From the NCBI GenBank assembly GCA_028826165.1, contig JAPDFW010000138.1, positions 1 through 64,000 on the forward strand: DNA of 64,000 nt. The letters are read 5' to 3'. Source of the stretch: Anaeramoeba ignava BMAN. Lineage: Eukaryota; Protista; Anaeramoebae. The position numbers and the translations under genes were made by a program. The notes under the pieces were generated by a model. It was not told the origin of the DNA. It saw only the letters and a program-made list of their open reading frames with translations, and did not search any database. Shown one piece after another: positions 20,870-30,902 of this stretch; position 1 is the first letter of the stretch, and each line of letters begins with the position of its first letter.

Positions 20870-22837
20870 ATGAATTCAAATTTACAAAACAAAATCAAAA
20901 AAAGAAAGGAAGATTCCAATCAAATCGAAAAACAAGAAGAAAAAAAGATAAAAACATCCAAATTAAATCAAGAAGAAAAGAAAGAAGAAAATTTATCAAA
21001 ATCAATTCTGAATCATTCCAAAAAGAAAAATGTTAATAGAGTGGGAGTAATTGATCTAAATTTTAAATTAGGATTTCCACAATCAATAGAGAAGCACGAA
21101 GTAGAAAATTCAATACCAATTTTGATTAGACAACAAACACAAGAAATTCTCCAAAAAATTGAAAAAAATGGTTTTATTAAATCATATATTTTCACAGGAC
21201 CACCAGGGGTTGGGAAATCATATATGCTTTATCATATTGCTGATTATTGCTCTAAATTGTCTAATTGGGTTGTTATCTATTTACCCAATATTGATGAATG
21301 GATAAATCAAGAAAGTTATGTTATATCAAGAAAAATTGTTATCAATTTAATTCAAAATTATCAATCGATTCTCAGTAAATGTTTTGCATTTGAATATGAT
21401 ACAAAATTATGGGATGAAAAAAATCCCACTGAAGAATCCAAAACAAAAATGATTTCTGAATGTACAAGATTGCTGAACTATCTTATGATGGGGAATCTCT
21501 TTGATATTCGAGTTTTAGTTGCAATTGATGAATGGAATTTTTTGTTTCGTCAAGAAAGAAAATATCAAGAACATATTTTAGATATTTTCAAAATCATTCC
21601 GACTATTAATCAAGGATTTTTCCTAGCTGCAGTAAGTTCAAGTTTTCATTATCCGATAGACCCAAATAATTCCAATAAACGATTTCTCGAGTGCAGAATA
21701 CCTATACAAATTTTTAATGAGGCTGAATTTCAATCAATTATTAATTGGTTAAAACAAAATGACTATTTACCACAATCCATGAAAGATGAAGAAATTGAGA
21801 AATTCACAGCCAGAATTCCAAAATTAATTGGTTTTCTTTTTCAATCATATTACAATTACCGTTTATCTCAAAAACAAAATTGGCTAAGTCATGCACATTA
21901 TCTTGCTGAAGAATCTTATGAATCAATGATTTCACATGTTCTTGATAAAAAGAAAATTGATTATGATCAAGTCAATTTTATTAAAAATATTTATTTAAAT
22001 TCACCTATTAAATATTTAGAAGATGAATGGAAGTTTTTAGGATTATTTAAGAAGAATAACCAAACTAATGAATTTAATCCAATTTGTGAATCAGTTAGAA
22101 AAGCTTTTATGTCTGTATTCCATCATAAACCCAATTCATATCTCTCCATATTAGCATCTAATGAACAATCAAGATGGATATCAGTAGAATTATATGTCTT
22201 CGAATCTTTCATTTCTAAAATCCAAAAATCAATTACAATCCCGAATATCAATCTAAGAGGAGAAAAAGGGAAGAATCAACAAGAATTCACAATTTTTTTA
22301 ACTCAGCAAATCCTTCAACAACCTTCAGAAACCCTTGATAAACTTGAACCAGGAACATTTCTAAAATGTTACCGAGATCATCCTGCTATTGATTGTATTG
22401 CTTATTCAACAACAAAAGAATTATTTTATATTCAAATTTCAGAAAAGTCATATTCACAACATATCCCCAAAATAGATTCACTTTTTGAAACAACATTCAA
22501 TAGAACCGAAGAAACTATTTTACAATATTATTCAAGAATTTGTGGAATGGAATCGGAATATCAACAATGTGAATTCACAAAAACAAAAAAAGAAAGAACA
22601 ATCAAATTACCAGCAAATCAATATTATATTTATATTACAACAAGCTCACATTATTACAAAAAAGCCAAATCTCAATATTCAGATGACCCAGTTATTTTAA
22701 TCAATTATGAAAATATTTCTCAACTTAATCCCGATCTTTGGGTATCAATAAGCAAATTTTTTGAAAATGAAGTGGAAAAACATTCTAATCAAGAAATACA
22801 TAATTCAAATTCAAATTCAAATTATATTTTTAAATGA
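20870..22837 (+). CDS. P-loop NTPase with C-terminal PD-(D/E)xK-like nuclease domain (Crinkler/RHS-type NTPase+REase architecture)
   Basis: Intronless 655 aa. Walker A YIFTGPPGVGKS; Walker B VLVAIDEWN; C-terminal SVELYV..HPAIDCIAY..LFYIQISEKSYSQH. Confidence 0.65.
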   Translation: MNSNLQNKIKKRKEDSNQIEKQEEKKIKTSKLNQEEKKEENLSKSILNHSKKKNVNRVGVIDLNFKLGFPQSIEKHEVENSIPILIRQQTQEILQKIEKNGFIKSYIFTGPPGVGKSYMLYHIADYCSKLSNWVVIYLPNIDEWINQESYVISRKIVINLIQNYQSILSKCFAFEYDTKLWDEKNPTEESKTKMISECTRLLNYLMMGNLFDIRVLVAIDEWNFLFRQERKYQEHILDIFKIIPTINQGFFLAAVSSSFHYPIDPNNSNKRFLECRIPIQIFNEAEFQSIINWLKQNDYLPQSMKDEEIEKFTARIPKLIGFLFQSYYNYRLSQKQNWLSHAHYLAEESYESMISHVLDKKKIDYDQVNFIKNIYLNSPIKYLEDEWKFLGLFKKNNQTNEFNPICESVRKAFMSVFHHKPNSYLSILASNEQSRWISVELYVFESFISKIQKSITIPNINLRGEKGKNQQEFTIFLTQQILQQPSETLDKLEPGTFLKCYRDHPAIDCIAYSTTKELFYIQISEKSYSQHIPKIDSLFETTFNRTEETILQYYSRICGMESEYQQCEFTKTKKERTIKLPANQYYIYITTSSHYYKKAKSQYSDDPVILINYENISQLNPDLWVSISKFFENEVEKHSNQEIHNSNSNSNYIFK

Positions 22838-23027
22838 AATTATATTTTTAAATGAAATTATTAATAAAATTATATTTTTAAATTTCTTTATAATTTCTTG
22901 TTTAATTAGAATTTTATTTTGAGAAATTTAAAACGAAATTTTTCTAAACTGTCGAAAAGAAAAGAAAAGAAAAGAAAAGAAAAGAAAAGAAAAGAAAAGA
23001 AAAGAATTAAAAAAAAAAAAGGGGAAT

Positions 23028-23768
23028 TTAGACCATTTGGTCGACAATAGAGTCTCTAAGATTATCGACAAGTTTTGAGGGATGTTTTGAATCATCCAAT
23101 TTAAAAATATTTTCGATGGTAGAAATTTCCGTACTTGTAGTATCCAAGCCACAGAAGGCGATCCAATCATTGACGACCAAACCTGCGGATATAACATCAC
23201 TACCCTTATTAACGGTACCAGAAACGAGAGGGACTTGGAGGAGGGAAGATAGCTCGTCTTGCTCCTCGATATGAGTTTTTGGATGAACCATTCCGCCCTG
23301 GTTAGTGAAAACACAATAAGTGCCTACCAGAGCCTCACCGGAGATAGTTTGCCTAAAGACCTCTACTTGGAGGGTATCAGCGATGATCTCCTCAGTTTCT
23401 TTATCCAGCTCGGGGTGTATTAGCGCGACGTAATCGTTGCAAGAAATGCAGTTTCCAAAAGCCGTTAATCTTTCTTCTATTCTTTTGACAGCTATAGAAT
23501 CTGGTAAGGAATTTCGGATTAGTTGTAATTCTTGATCTGTTGTTGTGCTTGGAAGCAATAATCCGTTCTTGTTCCCCGTGCTCATCCGTCCGATGATCTT
23601 CGTTCCTGCGATTGTTGCGTGGATTACTGGTATGTGATCTGATAATTCTGACTCAAATACTGAATAGAAATTTTCTGTTCCTCCTAATCCAACTAGACAA
23701 TATGAATTTGTTAATCGTGCAAATACTCCAATGTCGGAGCTGTGCTGAAATTGTGCTCGAAATGCCAT
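23028..23768 (-). CDS. EIF6: Eukaryotic translation initiation factor 6
   Basis: Full-length 246-aa match to the eIF6 consensus: [63 protein letters not shown]. Confidence 0.97.
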   Translation of the reverse strand: MAFRAQFQHSSDIGVFARLTNSYCLVGLGGTENFYSVFESELSDHIPVIHATIAGTKIIGRMSTGNKNGLLLPSTTTDQELQLIRNSLPDSIAVKRIEERLTAFGNCISCNDYVALIHPELDKETEEIIADTLQVEVFRQTISGEALVGTYCVFTNQGGMVHPKTHIEEQDELSSLLQVPLVSGTVNKGSDVISAGLVVNDWIAFCGLDTTSTEISTIENIFKLDDSKHPSKLVDNLRDSIVDQMV

Positions 23769-24516
23769 TCCGTTGTTGTTTTTCTTTGGTAATTGGAGAA
23801 AATTTGAAAAATGAAAAAATGAAAAAATGAAAAAATGAAAAAATGAAAAAATGAAAAAATGAAAAATTAAAATTAAAAAATTAAAATTAAAATCAAAATT
23901 GAAATTAAAATCAAAATTAAAATTAAAATTAAAATTAAAATCAAACTAAAAATTAAAATCAAAATTAAAATCAAAAATTTAAATTAAAATCAGAATTAAA
24001 ATCAAAATTAAAATTAAAATTAAAATCAAAATTAAAATCAAAATTAAAATTAAAATTAAAATTAAAATTGAAATTAAAATTAAAATTTAAATTAAAATCA
24101 AAATTAAAATCAAAATTAAAATCAAAATTAAAATTAAAATCAAAATTAAAAATCAATTTCAAAATTAAAATTAAAATCAAAATTAAAATTAAAATAAAAA
24201 TCAAAATTAAAATTAAAATAAAAATCAAAATTAAAATCAAAATTAAAATCAAAATTAAAATTAAAATTAAAATCAAAATTAAAATCAAAACTAAAATCAA
24301 AATCAAAATTAAAATTAAAATTAAAATTAAAATTAAAATTAAAATTATAATTAAAATCAAAATCAAAATCAAAATATAAATCAATTCCAAAAAATGTTCC
24401 TCTTTTAATTGATTACTTTTATTTTTAAATGTTTTTTTAAAAAAAAATCCTTTTTCATTTTTTTTCATTTTTTTCCTTTTTTTTTTTTTCAATTTTAATT
24501 GTTTGTTTGTTTGAAA

Positions 24517-25622
24517 ATGTCAGATAAAAAAAATTTACATTTACATTCCAATTCAAATTCCAATTCCAAAAGTAGATCATCTAAAAAAACCAAAAATAAA
24601 AATGAAACTAAAAGTAAATCAAAAACTGAAAGTAAATCAGATATTGAAAGTAAATCAGATAAAGAAAAAGAAGAAGAAACTGATCAAGATATTAAAAATG
24701 AAACTAAATCTGAAAATGAAATAGAAAATGAAATAGAAAATGAAATAGAAAATGAAAATGGAAATCAATTTGAAAATCCATTTTTAAATGAAATAGAAAA
24801 TAAAAATAGAATTTTTAATAAAGAAGAAGTTGAACAAATTGCTTTAAAAGAAAAAGCAATTATTAGAAAAGAATATCAACACAAAATAAAATTAATTCAA
24901 GAAGCAAATTTATTAGAAAAAAAGCAAAAAAATAAAAAAATTTATGAGCTTGAAGGTAAGTCTTTTATTTCCCATTAAAATCAGAATTAAATTCAAAATT
25001 TAAATTTAAAATCAAAACCAAAATCAAAATCTAAATTAAAATTAAAATTAAAATCAAAATCAAAAATTAAAAATAAAATCAAAATCAAAATCAAAATTAA
25101 AATTAAAATCAAAATCAAATTTAAAATTAAAATTAAAATTAAAATCAAAATCAAAATTAAAATCAAAATTAAAATCAAATTTAAAATTTAAAATCAATTT
25201 CTCCCTTTTTTTTAGAAGCAATTTCAAGAAAAATTAATGATTTACAAAAAATTCAAAAATCCAAAAAAGAAATTTTTGATGAAAATCGACAATTAATTCA
25301 ATTAAATAGTCATTTAAAAAAACAATCAACAAAATTAGATGAAGATCTTAAAGATTTACATGGAAAAAATTCATCACTTTATGATAAAATGAATGAAAAA
25401 GAAAATCCGACTGTTTTATCACTTAGAACAAATAGTATGAATTATTTCCATTAAATTTAATTTCAATTGATTTAATTTTAATTATTTTTAATTTAATTTT
25501 TAAAAGGTATAGATAAAGCACAAAGAATGTTAAAAGTTAAATCTCTTCAACCAAATAATTCTCAAAAACTTCAACATCTTAAATTAAGTGATGATTCTTC
25601 AGAAAAATCTGATGAAAAATGA
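24517..25622 (+). CDS. Hypothetical coiled-coil protein (3 exons)
   Basis: Exons 24517-24955, 25216-about 25434 and 25507-25622 splice in frame at GT-AG; no recognisable domain. Confidence 0.6.
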
Positions 25623-25764
25623 ATTATTCTAAAAACATAAATTCATTCCATTTTTTTTATTCCAGTTTATTATTTTTTTTATTTAAATTTTCCAAATAAA
25701 AAAGAATGAAAATAATAAATAAAAATTACAACTAAAACTCAAAAGAAAGCTCATAAGAAAAATG

Positions 25765-27255
25765 GAATAAATTTATAAATAAATTATTAATTAAATTAAT
25801 TAATAATTTATTTATAAATAATTATTAATTAAATTAATTAAATAAAATGAAATAAATTTATAAATAAATTATTAATTAAATTAATTAAATAAATTGAAAT
25901 AAATTTATAAATAAATTATTAATTAAATTGATTAAATAAAATGAAATAAATTTATAAATAAATTATTAATTAAATTAATTAAATAAAAATGGAATAAATT
26001 TATAAATAAATTATTAATTAAATTGATTAAATAAAAATGAAATAAATTTATAAATAAATTATTAATTAAATTAATTAAATAAAATGGAATAAAATTTATA
26101 AATAAATTATTAATTAAATTAATTAAATAAATTGAAATAAATTTATAAATAAATTATTAATTAAATTAATTAAATAAAGTGGAATAAATTTATAAATAAA
26201 TTATTAATTAAATTAATGAAATAAAATGGAATAAATTTATAAATAAATTATTAATTAAATTAATTAAATAAAATGGAATAAATTTATAAATAAATTATTA
26301 ATTAAGTTAATTAAATAAAATGGAATAAATTTATAAATAAATTATTGATTAAATTAATTAAATAAAATGAAATAAATTTATAAATAAAATTATTAATTTA
26401 ATTAATTAAATAAATTGAAATAAATTTATAAATAAATTATTAATTAAATTGATTAAATAAAATGGAATAAATTTATAAATAAATTATTAATTAAATTAAT
26501 TAAATAAAATTGAAATAAATTTATAAATAAATAAATTAATTAAATTAATTAAATTGAATAAATTTAAAATAGATTAAATTAAATTAATTAAATATTATTA
26601 ATTAAATTAATTAAATAAAATTGGAATAAATTTATAAATAAATTATTAATTAAATTGATGAAATAAAATGGAATAAATTTATAAATAAATTATTAATTTT
26701 GTTTAATTAAATAAAATGGAATAAATTTATAAATAAATTATTAATTTAATTAATTAAATAAAATGAAATAAATTTATAAATAAAATAAATAAATTAATTA
26801 AATAAATGGAATAAATTTTAAATAAAATTAATTAAATTAATTAAATAAAATGGAATAAATTTATAAATTAAATTATTAATTAAATTAATTAAATAAAATG
26901 GAATAAATTTATAAATAAATTATTAATTAAATTAATGAAATAAAAATGAAATAAATTTATAAATAGATTATTAATTAAATTGATTAAATAAAATGAAATA
27001 AATTTATAAATAGATTATTAATTAAATTAATTAAATAAAAGTGGAATAAATTTATAAATAAATTATTAATTAAATTAATTAAATAAAATGAAATAAATTT
27101 ATAAATAAATTATTAATTAAATTGATTAAATAAATTGAAATAAATTTATAAATAGATTATTAATTAAATTGATTAAATAAAATGGAATAAATTTATAAAT
27201 AGATTATTAATTTGTTTAATTAAATAAATTGGAATAAGATTATTAATTTAATTAA
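25765..27255. repeat. About 47-bp minisatellite, roughly 30 copies
   Basis: Unit AATAAATTTATAAATAAATTATTAATTAAATTAATTAAATAAAATGG repeated head-to-tail (e.g. 26281 and 26328). Confidence 0.9.
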
Positions 27256-27259
27256 TGAA

Positions 27260-27269
27260 ATGACGTCAT
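27260..27269. promoter_or_regulatory. CRE/ATF-type palindrome ATGACGTCAT upstream of MBF1
   Basis: Perfect palindrome about 75 bp before the ATG at 27343, in DNA almost devoid of G/C. Confidence 0.5.
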
Positions 27270-27342
27270 AAGAACTTTTTAAATAAAAAAATTTTTTTTT
27301 CATTTTTTTTTCATTTTTTTCATTTTTTTCAAATTTTAAATT

Positions 27343-27909
27343 ATGGATTATCAAGATTGGAACCCAGTTTTTATTGGAAATAAAAAACCAGAAAAAAAAC
27401 CAGAACCAACAAAAAAAGAAAAAGAAAAAACTAAAGAAAAAGAATTAAAAAGAGCAATTAAAAGTGGAAATGTTATTATTGAAAAAAAACGTAATTAAAA
27501 AAAAATTCGAAATGAAAAAAAATTTTTTTTATAATTTTCCATCATTTTTAATTTTATTAAGGTGATGCTGGTAAAAATGCAGCTAAAAAACAAGATGTGA
27601 ATATGAAAAATGTTGAAGAAGCTGAAACATTTGAAAGTAAATTAAATTAAAAAAAATTTAATTAAAATTTAATTAAAATTAAAAAATATAAATTATAAAT
27701 AAAAAGCAAAAAATGTTGGATTGAAATTGGGAAAAAAAATTCAACAAGCAAGAGCTACTAAAAAATGGACACAAAAGGAATTAGGAATGAGAATTTCTGA
27801 AAAACAATCTGTTGTAAATGAATATGAAACAGGAAAAGCAGTTAAAAATAATCAAATTTTAGCAAAAATGGAAAAAGCTCTTGGTGTTAAACTTCGAGGA
27901 AAAATTTAA
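27343..27909 (+). CDS. MBF1: Multiprotein bridging factor 1 (3 exons)
   Basis: MDYQDWNPV N-terminus; HTH IQQARATKKWTQKELG..INEYE-like VVNEYETGKAV..ILAKMEKALGVKLRG. Confidence 0.92.
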
Positions 27910-28136
27910 ATGAATTTTTAATAAATTGAAATTCAATGTTTATTTTCCAAAAACAAATTTCAAATTCTTTCAAAAAAAATTTAAAAAAAAATTTCAAAAC
28001 AAAAAATTTAAAGAAATTTTCCAAAAACAAATTTCAATTTCTTTCCAAAAAAAGAAAAAAATAAACTTCAACAAAAAATTTTTTTTTATTTAATTTTTAT
28101 TTCAAAATTCATTCCAAATTTGTTTCTTATTCAAAA

Positions 28137-29187
28137 TTAATTTGTAGTTCTTTTACTTGAAGAAAAACTTGAAAATCTTTTACGATTTTTTTTGGGTTTT
28201 TGATTTTGATTTTGATTTTGATTTTGATTTTGATTTTTTTTACGAGAAGGAGATTCTTGAGAAAAATCAAAAAAATCAAAAAAATCGAAGAAATCATCTT
28301 CAATTTGAAAAAAATCAGGAAGAACATCAGTCCATTTTAAGAAATTAACTTTTGATTGAATTCCATCTTCAAGATCGAAATTTAACATTTTTCTTTGTCT
28401 TGATTGTCTTGATTGTCTTGTTGAATGAAATCTTTTTGGGTTATTAGAAGATTGAGATGTTGTTTTTGGTTTTTTTTCTGAATTTTGATTTGTATTTGGA
28501 ATTGGTTCACTTATATTTTTTTTTCTTTTTTGATTTTTTCTTTTTTGATTTTCATTTTCATTTTCATTTTCATTTTCATTTTCATTTTCATTTTCATTTT
28601 CATTTTCATTTTCATTTTCATTTTCATTTTCATTTTCATTTTCATTTTCATTTAAATTTTCATTTTCATTTTCTATTTCATTTTCAGATTCATTTTCAGA
28701 TTCATTTTCATTTTCATTTTCAGATTCAGATTTAGATTTAGTTTCAGTTTCATTTTCATTTTCATTTTTATCTTCTTTTAAATCTTCATTTAAATCTTCT
28801 TTTAAATTTTCTTTTAAATTTTCTTTTAAATCTTCTGCTTTAACTTCTTCAAACTGTATTTTCTTTTTATTATTGAAACTTCTCTTTCTTTGAAGCTAAA
28901 AAATTATAAATAAAAATGTAATAATATAAATAAAAATTATAAATAAAAATTATAAATAAAAATTATAAATAAAAATTATAAATAAAAATTATAAATAAAA
29001 ATTATAAATAAAAATTTTAAATAAAAAATTTTTTTTTTATTTTAAATTTATTGCTTTTGTTTTTTACATAACGATAAGAAGGACTAAAAAAAGAATCAAG
29101 AGAAAATTTTGAAAAAGGATTTTGACTATTTCTTCTTGGAAAAAAATTATCAAAATCAACTTGAAAAAAAGCTCTATTCCAATTCAT
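28137..29187 (-). CDS. Hypothetical low-complexity protein with (NE)n tract (2 exons)
   Basis: Exon 1 29187-29068 (MNWNRAFFQVDFDNFFPRR..) and exon 2 28895-28137, in frame with ORF 28137..28388; GT-AG intron 29067-28896. Confidence 0.55.
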
Positions 29188-29286
29188 TTTTAAAGAGAAA
29201 AAAAAAATTTTTTTATAAAAAAAAGAAAAAAATGAAAAAAAATTTTTTAATAATTTTTAATTTTCATTTTTTCTTTCTCATTTTAA

Positions 29287-30372
29287 ATGACACTTCCAAG
29301 ATGTTTTTTTGATATTTCAGAAAACGGAAAACCATTAGGAAGAATAATAATCAAATTATACGCAAAAACTGTTCCAAAAACCGTTGAAAATTTTCGATCT
29401 TTATGTACAGGGGAAAAGGGAATAGGAAAGACAACAAAACGTCCATTATGGTTTAAGGGGAGCCGATTCCACCGCGTGATTAAGAACTTTATGATTCAGG
29501 GAGGAGACTTTTCGCGCGGAGATGGAACCGGTGGTGAATCTATTTATGGAAGAACATTTGAGGACGAAAATTTTCAAATTAAACATTCAAAAGAAGGATT
29601 ATTAAGTATGGCTAATTCGGGCAAGAATACCAATGGAAGTCAGTTCTTTATCACTTTGAATCCGACTTCTTGGCTTGATGGCGTTCATGTTGTCTTCGGC
29701 AAAGTTGTTGAAGGTATTGATATTATTAGATTTATTGGGAATACTTCAACTGATGATAATGATAAACCGTTTTCTATTTTTGAAATTGTAAATTGTGGTG
29801 AATTGATTTTGCAAAGGGATAGTGATGAAGAGGATGATTTAAAAGAAGATGAAAAGGAAAAAAGGAATTTAAGTGAAAAATCAAGTGAAGAAAAATCAAG
29901 TGAAAAATCAAATGAAGAAAAATCAAGTGAAAAATCAAGTGAAAAATCAAGTGAAAAAAAAAGCAAAAAAAATAGAAGGAAAAAACATAAAAGAAAAAAG
30001 AAAAACAAAGATAAACACAAGCACAAACATCATAAACATAAAAAATCAAAAAGAAAAAAAAAACATCAAAAAAAATCAAAATCAAAAAATCAAAATCAAA
30101 TTGAAATTGAAAATCAAATCCAAAAAGAAAATCAAGAAGAAAAAGAAAAAATAAGAATTGAAGAAATGAAGAAACAAGATGAAGAATTAAAGAGAAAAAG
30201 AATTGAAAGAGAAAAAAGAATGGAATTAATAAGAAAAATGGAAAAAGAAAAAGGAGAAGAAAAAAATGAAAGAAATTCCAATTCACGTTCCTTATCACCA
30301 ATATATGAAGAACGAAGAGGGAAAGAAAAAGAAGGGGATCACAAATCACATCACGATTCAAGGAGATCACAC

Positions 30373-30404
<32 letters not shown>

Positions 30405-30690
30405 CAATTATCATAATTATCATAATTATCATCATAGTAGGTATTCTGACAGCTATCAAAATCCAAAATATTCTGACAGCTATCAAAACCCAAAATATTC
30501 TGACAGCTATCAAAATCCAAAATATTCTGACAGCTATCAAAATGATAAAAGAAATTCTTATATTCCTGATAATTCTTCAAATAACTCTCAAAATCCCCAA
30601 GATTTATTGAAATATCGTAATCGTATTTATCGTGGAAGTGGAAATATGAAATATAAAACTCCTCCAAGATTTAAAGAAGATAGTGATTAA
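29287..30690 (+). CDS. Cyclophilin-type PPIase with long charged K/E/S/H/R tail (CYP G/CYP63-like)
   Basis: [70 protein letters not shown]. Confidence 0.93.
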
Positions 30691-30798
30691 ATTTTAATTT
30701 GTTATTTCTTTATTTCCAATTAAAATTAAAAAAAATTTCAATAAAAACAATTTCCTTTTTTTTTAATTATTTTTCTAATTGCGTTTTTTTTATTTAAA

Positions 30799-30806
30799 TG
30801 ACGTCA
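30799..30806. promoter_or_regulatory. CRE/ATF-type palindrome TGACGTCA upstream of the TMEM214-like gene
   Basis: About 100 bp before the ATG at 30903. Confidence 0.45.
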
Positions 30807-30902
30807 GTTACTTGTTTAAAAATTTAATTTATTTTTTTTTTTTCAATTTTTTTTTTTCATTTTTCTTTCTTTTTTTTTTTTTCTTTTTTCTTTTTTAAAA
30901 CT

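Noticed and set aside
20870-22837. DAP3/mS29 or NACHT/NB-ARC NLR assignment
   Set aside because: The Walker B region resembles DAP3, but there is no evident targeting peptide and there is an extra nuclease-like C-terminus. No LRR, TPR or WD sensor repeats are present for an NLR. Not fully excluded without an HMM search.
22928-23314. 128-aa alternative-frame ORF overlapping eIF6
   Set aside because: By-product of the higher GC of eIF6; it ends in a (TTTTC)n repeat and has no recognisable motifs.
25765-27255. Possible CRISPR array
   Set aside because: Units are contiguous with no unique spacers, there are no cas genes, and the context is eukaryotic.
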